Shown here: positions 36,735 through 45,271 of the stretch, one piece after another
Position numbering within the stretch: the stretch's first letter is position 1
Layout: each line of letters starts with the position of its first letter
DNA from: Deltaproteobacteria bacterium
GTDB lineage: Bacteria; Desulfobacterota; Desulfomonilia; UBA1062
Assembly: GCA_011046135.1 (NCBI GenBank)
Contig: DSBG01000137.1
Span: 23,536 to 87,535 of the forward strand
Direction: 5' to 3'
DNA length: 64,000 bases
Translations under genes and position numbers: made by a program
The notes under the pieces: generated by a model
The model's input: the letters and a program-made list of their open reading frames with translations, nothing else
The model's database searches: none
What the model was told of the DNA's origin: nothing

Positions 36735-37721
36735 TCAGATGACCTCCGAAGGGTTGACCAGGGCAATGTACACGAGGAAGAAGAGCCCCCCGAGCATCCC
36801 TGTAATGACCCCCACCGGGAGCTCTATGGGTCTAAGGACGAGCTGGGAGAACGTATCGCACAGGAGGAGGAAACTGCTTCCTGCCAGCATGGATGAGGGA
36901 ATGAGGAGCCTGTGGTCTGCCCCGGTGATTTTTCGCATGAGGTGAGGAACGAGGAGCCCGACAAACCCGATTATTCCCGAGATTGCCACACACCCACCGG
37001 TAATCAGCGAGGTCGCCACGAGCAGGATGCCCTTCATGACCCGTGCATTCCCTCCGAGGTGATAGGTTTTTTCATCGCCCAGCGAGAGCATGTTCAGGTC
37101 TCTGCCGGCACAGAGGGTGACCGCCATCAGGGGGAACACCGTGAAGATCATGATCCGCATCGCACCAGGACCAGGAGAACTGAGATCTCCCATGATCCAC
37201 ATGATGGAGGAATGAACATCACGGGAACTCGCCACCGAGAAGATGAACATGACCAGAGAAGACAGGAGAAAACTCAGGATCACCCCGCTCAGGATCAGGG
37301 TCGTGCTGGAGAACTGCCTGAGGGAAGCGATACCGAGCACGACAGAGACGCTGATCATGGAGCCGGCAAAGCACATGACCACCATGGGCAGGCCTGCCAG
37401 GCCGAGAATGATGGCAAGGGTTGCCCCCAGTGCTCCTCCCGCAGAAACCCCCAAGGTGTAGGGCTCTGCAAGAGGGTTTCTCAAGATTGCCTGGAAGACC
37501 ACGCCGCACTGTGCAAGGGCTGCACCGACTATGCATGCAGTTGCGATTCTCGGAAGGCGAAGCTCCCAGACGAGGGTTGCAGTGAGGTCTCCGGGCTCGG
37601 GGCGAATGAGCGCCTCGAAGATATGAGCCGACGTGAGCGAAGTCCCTCCGGTCAGAAGGGCCAGGGCCATGCTTGCCAAGAGGATCAGTGCGAGGAGAAG
37701 AAAGACTGCGGGATGTTTCAT
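36735..37721 (-). CDS. FecCD/BtuC-family ABC permease
   Basis: ~9 TM helices, FecCD signature (PYTLGVSAGGALGATL...GIIGFVGLLVPH); ATG 37721 overlaps binding-protein stop. Confidence 0.85.
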   Translation of the reverse strand: MKHPAVFLLLALILLASMALALLTGGTSLTSAHIFEALIRPEPGDLTATLVWELRLPRIATACIVGAALAQCGVVFQAILRNPLAEPYTLGVSAGGALGATLAIILGLAGLPMVVMCFAGSMISVSVVLGIASLRQFSSTTLILSGVILSFLLSSLVMFIFSVASSRDVHSSIMWIMGDLSSPGPGAMRIMIFTVFPLMAVTLCAGRDLNMLSLGDEKTYHLGGNARVMKGILLVATSLITGGCVAISGIIGFVGLLVPHLMRKITGADHRLLIPSSMLAGSSFLLLCDTFSQLVLRPIELPVGVITGMLGGLFFLVYIALVNPSEVI

Positions 37722-38605
37722 GGCAGGTCCGGGTGGAGAATCGGGAGGACGGCCTTGTATGCCCTCAGGAACGCAGCCGGTGTGGGCTGACATACCGTGT
37801 CGGCCTCGAGCAGGTGAATTCTCCCGTCTCGGACCGCACTGATCGTCGTGAATCCTTGCCACAGCGACGGCCCCTGCAGGGAGTCCATGTTCGCCACGAG
37901 GATGATGACGTCGGGGTTTCTTCTGATCACGTCCTCGATATGTACCCTCGGATACTTGCTTTGCAGATCTGCAAAGATGTTTTTTCCCCCTGCCAGCTGG
38001 ATCAGTTCACCGGTATAGGTGAGGTCATTCGCCGTGATGAGCGGATCGGTTCCCATCTGCCAGAACACCCTCTGGACCGGCCTTCCGGACACTGAAGACT
38101 GCAGCCCGGTAAGTTCGGTTCTGATGAGCCGGACCCTGTCTTCTGCGAGCGCTCTTTTTCCGAGCAGTTCGCCGAGGCGGACAAACTCCGCGCACATGCA
38201 TGCAAAGGATTCGCACCCCTCGAACACCGAAACCCTGAGCCCCAGTGCCGAGAGGCGCTCAACATCCGTAATCCTGTTGGAATCCTTGCTTGCCAGGATC
38301 AGATCGGGCTGCAGGGAGAGGATTTTTTCGAAGTTGAGCTTTGTCAGCGTTCCGATGACGTCCTTTGATGATGCAGACTCAGGCCGATACCTGGTAACCC
38401 CTATCAGGACGTGCTCTGCACCGAGGTCCAAGAGCTGCTGGGTGAGCGAGGGGGCGAGGGAAATGATCCGCTGCGGCCCCGCTGCCCTCAGAGATACCGG
38501 CAGCAAGTGGAGGATGAGCAGAACCATGAGTACGGGGAGGATCAGGCCGGCGGCACCGTTTTGAAACAAGAGGAACTTCGTGATACGCACGAACAGTCTT
38601 CCCAT
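37718..38605 (-). CDS. periplasmic substrate-binding protein, cluster A-2 (BtuF/FecB/heme) type
   Basis: Signal peptide, RIISLAPSLTQQLLDLG...DLILAS motif typical of Fe3+-siderophore/B12/heme binding proteins; start 38605 (alternatives 38620/38644). Confidence 0.8.
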   Translation of the reverse strand: MGRLFVRITKFLLFQNGAAGLILPVLMVLLILHLLPVSLRAAGPQRIISLAPSLTQQLLDLGAEHVLIGVTRYRPESASSKDVIGTLTKLNFEKILSLQPDLILASKDSNRITDVERLSALGLRVSVFEGCESFACMCAEFVRLGELLGKRALAEDRVRLIRTELTGLQSSVSGRPVQRVFWQMGTDPLITANDLTYTGELIQLAGGKNIFADLQSKYPRVHIEDVIRRNPDVIILVANMDSLQGPSLWQGFTTISAVRDGRIHLLEADTVCQPTPAAFLRAYKAVLPILHPDLP

Positions 38606-38728
38606 GGTAGTTTCATCCATACTGCGAATATCCCGTGCCGGCAAGCACAGCCGTCAGATGATCTTCGATCGATGGCGGTGCCACCCGTGAACGGGGTGAT
38701 TCTTTTCTCCGGCTTCTGGTCAAGGTGC

Positions 38729-38757
38729 TTGACACACTACCCAACATCTCCTATGGT
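38729..38757 (+). promoter_or_regulatory. sigma-70-type promoter (TTGACA-17-TATGGT) placing the TSS at or next to the fdhE ATG (possible leaderless mRNA)
   Basis: -35 38729-38734, -10 38752-38757; next in-frame ATG at 38765 is ~7 nt downstream of -10. Confidence 0.35.
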
Positions 38758-38764
38758 TTCCGCC

Positions 38765-39481
38765 ATGCAGTGGGACATCATTATACAGCAGTATCCCGAA
38801 GATGTGGAGACCATTCAGCAGGCCCGTGATATCCGGCAGCGGGTGACCCATCGGATTCAGGGACTCGACATTCCTCTTCTCGCTGCCCCGCTTGAGCACG
38901 ACACGATCGGTGATCTCATTCCTGTGGAAACGCTGGGCGCTGTCTGCAGGGAAGTCTGGAAGGAGGTTCTCCCCGCTGCGCCTGAGGTCGATTTTGAAGA
39001 GGCTCTTCTGGCAGCACTTTCAGGCTCGGAGATTCCCGGGATGTCCCCCGAAGAAGGGGAAGAGGCCCTCCGGATAGTCCTGGGGGCTGTAGTGACCGGA
39101 TACTTCAGGCGACTGCGGGAACTCAACGAAACGATCATCCCCGAAACGCACCTCGAGGGAAGCTGTCCATTCTGCAGCAGCAGTGCTCGGGTCGGTTTTG
39201 ATTCGGAATCGGGAAGAACGCTTGTCTGTTCGCTGTGTGCTCATCAGTGGCAGGTTCCCCGTGTGAGGTGCCCCTTCTGTGGAAACAGGGACCACACAAC
39301 CCTGGGATATTTCGAATCTGAAGAGATCAACGGGGTCCGGGTGTACTACTGCCTGGAGTGCAAGCACTATATAAAGGTAATCGATACCAGGATCAGGGAT
39401 GTTTCCGATGCCGAGACAGGAGACGTGCTCACCTTGGCCCTGGATGAACGAGCCCGTCAGGAAGGATTCCTGGAGCCGTAA
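38765..39481 (+). CDS. fdhE: formate dehydrogenase accessory protein FdhE
   Basis: Four CxxC pairs in the FdhE arrangement (CPFCSS...CSLCAHQWQVPRVRCPFCGN...CLECKHYIKVID) and C-terminal ...DERARQEGF; ORF track start 38411 rejected. Confidence 0.8.
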   Translation: MQWDIIIQQYPEDVETIQQARDIRQRVTHRIQGLDIPLLAAPLEHDTIGDLIPVETLGAVCREVWKEVLPAAPEVDFEEALLAALSGSEIPGMSPEEGEEALRIVLGAVVTGYFRRLRELNETIIPETHLEGSCPFCSSSARVGFDSESGRTLVCSLCAHQWQVPRVRCPFCGNRDHTTLGYFESEEINGVRVYYCLECKHYIKVIDTRIRDVSDAETGDVLTLALDERARQEGFLEP

Positions 39482-39544
39482 CCGCGAAATAGAGCGTGAC
39501 CACGGACGGTGTCTGTCCTGGATTCGTGGGAACCACGCCGCGAA

Positions 39545-40336
39545 CTATTCTTTTTCTTCAGGATCGGTGGCTTCCGGCTCAGCGTTCTCGCTTCCCGATT
39601 CTTCCGCGTCTTTCACCTCTTTGTTTCTTACGACCAGGTGTGTCACCCAGATGCTGATCTCGTAGAGACCGTAGAGCGGAATGCTGAGCAGGATCATGCT
39701 CAGAACGTCAGGAGGCGTGAGGATTGCGGAGCCGAGGGCTATGATAAGAATGGCGAACTTGCGCTGCTTCCTCAGCATGCCGGGCTTGACGATCCCCATC
39801 TTGGCGAGAAAGTACATCACCAGTGGGAGTTCGAAGGTGACGCCGAAGGCAAACAGGAGCCGCATGGCAAAACCGAGATACTCCCTCATGGAGGGCAGAG
39901 CCGCGATGTTGTCCGTGGTAAACCCCAGGAAGAACTGGAACCCCAGTGGGAAGACCACGAAGAAGGCAAAGGATGCCCCGATGAAGAAGAAAATGGTGCC
40001 CACGAGCACAAAGGGGATCACATACCTGCGTTCGTTTTCATAGAGGCCCGGCATGACAAACTTCCAGATCTGGTAGATGATCACCGGAGTAGCAAGAATA
40101 AGCCCGGCAAAGAAGGAAACCTTCAGGTACGTGAGAAAGGCCTCGGGGAGAGAAGTGTAGATGAGCTTGCCGTCCTCGGGCATGACCTTGACCAGGGGAG
40201 AGACGAGAAAGTTGAAGACATGCTTCGAAAACGGATAAACCGCCAAGAAACCGACTCCGACGGCTACCACACACTTGATGAGCCGGGATCGCAGCTCTTC
40301 GAGGTGAGAGGTAACCGGAAGTTTCTCTTCCTCCAC
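39545..40336 (-). CDS. tatC: twin-arginine translocase subunit TatC
   Basis: TSHLEELRSRLIKCVVAVGVGF start, 6 TM helices, TatC conserved blocks. Confidence 0.92.
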   Translation of the reverse strand: MEEEKLPVTSHLEELRSRLIKCVVAVGVGFLAVYPFSKHVFNFLVSPLVKVMPEDGKLIYTSLPEAFLTYLKVSFFAGLILATPVIIYQIWKFVMPGLYENERRYVIPFVLVGTIFFFIGASFAFFVVFPLGFQFFLGFTTDNIAALPSMREYLGFAMRLLFAFGVTFELPLVMYFLAKMGIVKPGMLRKQRKFAILIIALGSAILTPPDVLSMILLSIPLYGLYEISIWVTHLVVRNKEVKDAEESGSENAEPEATDPEEKE

Positions 40337-40337
40337 C

Positions 40338-40634
40338 TCAGGACCCTTCTATCTCATCCGGATTGTACGGGCTTTTCTGCTCCGGGGCTGCTTCCTGAGA
40401 TGCGTTCTCAGCCTCCCGTTTCTGCACGACCTCCTCGGGGTATCGGGGAGAGTGAGATGGGTGATTGGATTCCGACGTGGTTTCAAACTCTTTCCTGAGA
40501 TCATTCGATGCCCGCTGAAACTGGCCGATGGCCTTGCCGAGAGTCTTGGCGATATCGGGCAGTTTCTTGGGGCCAAGGACGATCAGAGCGACCAGCAGAA
40601 TGAGAATGAGTTCCTGTCCTCCAATGCCAAACAT
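40338..40634 (-). CDS. tatA: twin-arginine translocase TatA/TatB-family protein
   Basis: MFGIGGQELILILLVALIVLGPKKLPDIAKTLGKAIGQFQRA: TM helix, hinge Gly, amphipathic helix; 98 aa. Confidence 0.88.
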   Translation of the reverse strand: MFGIGGQELILILLVALIVLGPKKLPDIAKTLGKAIGQFQRASNDLRKEFETTSESNHPSHSPRYPEEVVQKREAENASQEAAPEQKSPYNPDEIEGS

Positions 40635-40879
40635 ATGCTCTTTGTATAGAGTGTTTTCGCCAAGGAGTCAAATCGAGAAGTATCGAGGTCATGTCTAGAT
40701 GGTTGCCCCAGGGAGCATGAAATGGGTCGTGATGCATCAGGATAGCTCCTGCGTGATTGCAAAGGGTTACCCCTAGTCTATCAAGGATTCTCTGCGGCAG
40801 CAAGCCTCCAGATTCACCCCACGAACGCCCCCCGAGCCGAGGCGGCACGGTCCCGATGCTGGGCCTGGTACAATACCAT

Positions 40880-40908
40880 TTGACTAATAGTAACGCCTTA
40901 CATAATCT
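40880..40908 (+). promoter_or_regulatory. sigma-70-type promoter for lpxC (TTGACT-17-TAATCT)
   Basis: -35 40880-40885, 17-nt spacer, -10 40903-40908, 10 nt upstream of lpxC ATG 40919. Confidence 0.4.
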
Positions 40909-40918
40909 AAGGGACAAC

Positions 40919-41731
40919 ATGGAACGGAGAACCATCTCTCGCAAGCTTCGGATCTCGGGCATCGGGCTCCATGGGGGCAGGCCGAGTTCGGTGATTCTCC
41001 AGCCAGGAAGAGAAGGCATCATCTTCCGCAGGTTCGAGATTCAGATACCCGCCCGGCTCGACCATGTGGTGGACACCACGCTCAACACGACTCTGGGTAG
41101 CGCTGGAGCACGGATATCCACAGTAGAGCACCTCATGGCCTGCTTGTACGGGACTGGAATCACTGACTGCGAGATTGAGCTCGAAGGAGATGAGGTGCCG
41201 GCTCTGGACGGTTCTGCGCGTGAGCTGGTCCGAATGATCCGGGCTTCAGGCACCAGGTTGCTCGAAGGTGAGATTCTCCCCTTTGTCGTGCCCCGCAGGA
41301 TCAGGCTGGAATCAGGAACGAGTTGGATCGAGGCCTCACCGGGATCCTTTGAGGTTACCTATGAGATTGACTTCCCGGATGCCTCCATCGGGTACCAGCG
41401 CTACTGCTATCGTGGCAGAGATTTCGCTGCAGAGATCGCTCCTGCAAGGACCTTCGGGAGGATGCAGGATGTGGAGAAGATGCGTTCCCTAGGGTATGCC
41501 TTGGGAGGGAGTCTCCACAACGCGGTGGTGGTGGATGGGCACAAAGTGCTCAACCCCGAGGGGCTGAGGTTTCCCGAGGAGTTCGTCAGGCACAAGATCC
41601 TCGATCTCCTGGGAGACCTGTGGATTCTCGGGCGACCTGTCGAGGCCAGGATCCACGCCTACAAAGCAAATCACGGCCTGCACATCGGGCTCGCCGGGAA
41701 GATTCTCGAGGCGGGTCTGATGGGTGCATAG
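40919..41731 (+). CDS. lpxC: UDP-3-O-acyl-N-acetylglucosamine deacetylase
   Basis: TISRKLRISGIGLHGG, ARISTVEHLMACL, HKILDLLGDL LpxC zinc-site motifs; ATG 40919 with AAGGGA RBS. Confidence 0.9.
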   Translation: MERRTISRKLRISGIGLHGGRPSSVILQPGREGIIFRRFEIQIPARLDHVVDTTLNTTLGSAGARISTVEHLMACLYGTGITDCEIELEGDEVPALDGSARELVRMIRASGTRLLEGEILPFVVPRRIRLESGTSWIEASPGSFEVTYEIDFPDASIGYQRYCYRGRDFAAEIAPARTFGRMQDVEKMRSLGYALGGSLHNAVVVDGHKVLNPEGLRFPEEFVRHKILDLLGDLWILGRPVEARIHAYKANHGLHIGLAGKILEAGLMGA

Positions 41732-41741
41732 GAGGTCGATC

Positions 41742-43916
41742 GTGTCCAAGACAGTCAGGGAGACCATCATCATATCCGTGATCCTGGGCGTCATCATAGT
41801 GCTCAGCGTCCTGAGGACCAATATCAGCAGCATCGACATCGGTCCATCGAGCAATGTCCTGATATTCACCCTCATAAGCCTCAATGTGGTTTTGCTCATC
41901 CTGGTCATCTTCCTGGTTACGCGGAACATCGTAAAGCTCCTTCTGGAGAGAAAGAGGGGGGTGCTGGGTACCAAGCTGAGAACGAAACTCGTCGCCCTGT
42001 TCGTGACGCTCACCATTATCCCCACCATGGTGCTGTTCTTCACCAGCATTGTGTTTCTCAATCGGAGCATGGAAGGCTGGCTCTCTTCCGAGGTTGAAAA
42101 TGCCCTGGAAGAATCCATGAACGTTGCAAACATCTACTATAAAGAAGCGTCTGCTGATGCCATCCACTATGCGAGCTTCATTGCCGAAGAGATTACTGAA
42201 CGCAGGCTCCTCAGGGAGGGCAGCCTGGATATCCTCAGGGCGCTCCTGGAAGAAAAAATGGCGCTGTTCCGCCTTTCGGGTGTCGTGGTGTTCTCATCCC
42301 AGGGAGAGGAACTGGTCAAGATCGTTTCCCCGGACATTGAGATGAAAAGCATGCCCAGTCCTGAGTCGAGACTCGTGCAGGCCGCGATGTCAGGCAAAAC
42401 CATGCCCATCGTGGTGAGGACCGGAACGGCGGATATTATCGAAGGGATCGTACCCATCAAGTCCTCGTTCAATCCCAAGGATGTGGTGGGAGTACTCGTC
42501 GTCGACTACTACATCCCCGAGAGCCTCTCCGGGAGACTGGGCATCATCAAGTCGACGTTCAACAACTACATCCAGAGCCTCAGGCTCAAGGGTCCCATCA
42601 GGACAAACTACATCATCATCCTCACCTCGGTCACGCTCCTGGTGATTTTTTCAGCGGTATGGTTCGGGCTCAACATCTCAAAAGGGCTCATCAATCCCAT
42701 CGAGAAACTGGTGGAGGGAACCCAGAGGATCTCACGGGGAGAGCTCGATTTTTTCATCGATGTGCAGTCCACCGATGAACTGGGTATCCTGGTGCAGGAC
42801 TTCAATGCCATGGTGCATGATCTCACGGAATCGAGAAAACACCTCGAGAGCGCGTACAACGAGCTGGCATACCGGAACCGGTACATCGAGACAGTGCTCA
42901 ACAACATCTCGACGGGCGTCATTTCCATCACGAGCGACGACTGTATCTCCATGATCAATCCATCTGCCCAGACCATGCTGGCCATCGATTCCGACGCATC
43001 GCTGGGGAAACCGTATGTCAAGGTGATCAGTGGAGAGCTCCAGCCCCTTGTCAGTGATCTCATCGATACCCTCAAAAAATCCAAGGCTCTTTCCACCCAG
43101 CGACAGGTGACGGTTGCGGTCCAGGGAAGAAAGATGACCCTGTTGGCGCACGCCTCTCTGATGTACGACGAAAAGAACGAACACCTGGGCATGGTCATCG
43201 TGTTCGATGACCTCACGCAGATGCAGCGCATGCAGCGGATGGCAGCGTGGAGGGAGGTTGCACGGCGCATCGCCCACGAGGTCAAGAACCCCCTCACTCC
43301 GATTCAACTCTCTGCGCAGAGGCTCAGGCGCAGGTACCTCGACATGCTCGGGGAGGATGCGCAGGTCTTTGACGAGTGCACGAGGGTGATCATCAACGAG
43401 GTGGATGAGATGAAACGGCTCGTGAATGAATTTTCCGCCTTTGCGAAGATGCCTACCTCCATGCCCGTACCGGGAAACCTGAACAAGGTCGTGACCGAAG
43501 CCACAGCGCTCTATCGGCAGGCCCACCAGGAAATCGAGTTTCTCCTGGAACTGGACGAATCCCTCCCCAGGGTGGAAATAGACAGTTCGCAGATGAGCAG
43601 AGCCGTCGGCAATCTCCTGGAGAACGCTACCACTGCCGTGATGGAGAACAAAAATTCGAAGAAGGTCACCATCAGGACATCCTTTGATCCCGACGTCCAT
43701 ATCGCCACCCTGGAGATCATGGACACGGGCCCGGGGATCTCGCCGAATCTCAAGGAGCGCCTGTTTGAACCGTATTTTTCCACAAAGAGGGGGGGGACTG
43801 GTCTGGGTCTGGTCATCGTGAACCGGATCATCACCGATCACAACGGGTTCATACGGGTCAAGGACAATGAGCCCACAGGCACCATATTCACCATTGAACT
43901 GCCCGTGAAGGAGTAG
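41742..43916 (+). CDS. sensor histidine kinase, NtrY-like (TM - HAMP - PAS - HisKA - HATPase)
   Basis: GTG 41742 preceded by GGAGG spanning lpxC stop; N-terminal TM helices, HAMP (LINPIEKLVEGTQRISRGELD), PAS, H-box (HEVKNPLTPIQLSAQRL), N/G1/G2 boxes (NLLENA...DTGPGI...GGTGLGL). Confidence 0.85.
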   Translation: MSKTVRETIIISVILGVIIVLSVLRTNISSIDIGPSSNVLIFTLISLNVVLLILVIFLVTRNIVKLLLERKRGVLGTKLRTKLVALFVTLTIIPTMVLFFTSIVFLNRSMEGWLSSEVENALEESMNVANIYYKEASADAIHYASFIAEEITERRLLREGSLDILRALLEEKMALFRLSGVVVFSSQGEELVKIVSPDIEMKSMPSPESRLVQAAMSGKTMPIVVRTGTADIIEGIVPIKSSFNPKDVVGVLVVDYYIPESLSGRLGIIKSTFNNYIQSLRLKGPIRTNYIIILTSVTLLVIFSAVWFGLNISKGLINPIEKLVEGTQRISRGELDFFIDVQSTDELGILVQDFNAMVHDLTESRKHLESAYNELAYRNRYIETVLNNISTGVISITSDDCISMINPSAQTMLAIDSDASLGKPYVKVISGELQPLVSDLIDTLKKSKALSTQRQVTVAVQGRKMTLLAHASLMYDEKNEHLGMVIVFDDLTQMQRMQRMAAWREVARRIAHEVKNPLTPIQLSAQRLRRRYLDMLGEDAQVFDECTRVIINEVDEMKRLVNEFSAFAKMPTSMPVPGNLNKVVTEATALYRQAHQEIEFLLELDESLPRVEIDSSQMSRAVGNLLENATTAVMENKNSKKVTIRTSFDPDVHIATLEIMDTGPGISPNLKERLFEPYFSTKRGGTGLGLVIVNRIITDHNGFIRVKDNEPTGTIFTIELPVKE

Positions 43917-43918
43917 AA

Positions 43919-45271
43919 ATGAAACAGAACATCCTCATCGTGGACGACGAAGAGAACATAAGGTTTTCCCTCAAGGGCGGACTTGAGGACGAGGGGTACC
44001 AGACCATGGCGGCAGCCACGGGAGAAGATGCCCTGAAGATCGTGGAAAAACACGACATCGATCTCATGCTCCTTGATATCTGGATGCCCGGCAAGGATGG
44101 GCTGCAGATTCTCGAAGAGCTCAAGAAATCAGGATACACAATGCCGGTGATCATCATGACCGGCCACGGTTCCATCGATACGGCCATCAGGGCCACGAGG
44201 CTTGGAGCCCTTGATTTCATCGAAAAACCCCTCGATCTGAACAAGATCATCATTACCATCAACAACACCCTCCACCTCAAGGCCCTGGAGGAGGAGAACG
44301 CCCTGTTGAGGATGAAGACGGAGAAGGATGATGAGATCATCGGAAATTCTCCGGCTGTCAGGAAGCTCAAGGAGCAGATCGACACGGCGGCGCCCACGGA
44401 TGCGTGGATCCTCATCCTGGGAGAGAACGGAACCGGAAAGGAACTCGTTGCCCGCAGGCTCCACAAGAAGAGCAAGCGCGGCCAGCACCCCTTCATTGAA
44501 GTGAACTGCGCTGCGATTCCCGAAGAACTCATCGAGAGTGAGCTGTTCGGCCACGAGAAGGGTTCTTTCACGGGTGCAATCGAACGCAAGCGGGGGAAAT
44601 TCGACCTCGCCCACATGGGGACGCTGTTTCTCGATGAAATCGGCGACATGAGCCTGTCCACCCAGGCAAAGATTCTCCGCATTCTCCAGGAGCAGCGGTT
44701 TGAACGGGTCGGGGGTTCTCAGACGATCCAGGTGGATGTCCGCGTACTCACCGCGACGAACAAAAACCTCGAGCATGAAATCCAGGAGGGAAGATTCAGG
44801 CAGGACCTGTACTACCGCCTCAATGTCATTCCCATACGGGTTCCCCGTCTCATAGACCGGAAAGAAGATATCCCCGAGCTCGTGGAATACTTCCTCAAGT
44901 GGTACTCGTCGAAGAAGGATGGGGAGCAGAAGGCCATTACCGAAGGAGCCATCAAGAGACTCATGCAGCACGACTGGCCGGGCAATGTGAGGGAGCTCAA
45001 GAACATTATCGAACGACTGGTTATCATGACCTCCGGGAACACCATTACAGCCGAAGACATTCCGCCCCTGGGTACCAGGAAGACTTCAGAGATCGACACG
45101 CTCATCACCATCCAGGAACTCAAAGATGCCCGCTCCGAATTCGAAAAGCTCTTCATCGAACACAAGCTCAGGGAGAACGGGAACAACATCTCCAGGACAG
45201 CGGATATCATCGGGATGGAGCGGAGCAATCTTCACAGAAAGATCAAGGGCCTCGGCATAGATGTTGAGTGA
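43919..45271 (+). CDS. sigma-54-dependent response regulator, NtrX/NtrC-like (REC - AAA+ - HTH)
   Basis: ILIVDDEENIR...DLMLLDIWMPGKDG receiver; Walker A GENGTGKE, GAFTGA-like GSFTGA sigma-54 contact motif, C-terminal Fis-type HTH. Confidence 0.9.
   Translation: MKQNILIVDDEENIRFSLKGGLEDEGYQTMAAATGEDALKIVEKHDIDLMLLDIWMPGKDGLQILEELKKSGYTMPVIIMTGHGSIDTAIRATRLGALDFIEKPLDLNKIIITINNTLHLKALEEENALLRMKTEKDDEIIGNSPAVRKLKEQIDTAAPTDAWILILGENGTGKELVARRLHKKSKRGQHPFIEVNCAAIPEELIESELFGHEKGSFTGAIERKRGKFDLAHMGTLFLDEIGDMSLSTQAKILRILQEQRFERVGGSQTIQVDVRVLTATNKNLEHEIQEGRFRQDLYYRLNVIPIRVPRLIDRKEDIPELVEYFLKWYSSKKDGEQKAITEGAIKRLMQHDWPGNVRELKNIIERLVIMTSGNTITAEDIPPLGTRKTSEIDTLITIQELKDARSEFEKLFIEHKLRENGNNISRTADIIGMERSNLHRKIKGLGIDVE

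Noticed and set aside
38411-38752. ORF-track 5' extension of fdhE (114 extra codons) overlapping the binding-protein gene on the other strand
   Set aside because: The extension is low-complexity and overlaps the periplasmic binding protein gene and its promoter region. The FdhE homology begins near ATG 38753/38765, where a sigma-70-like promoter is found.
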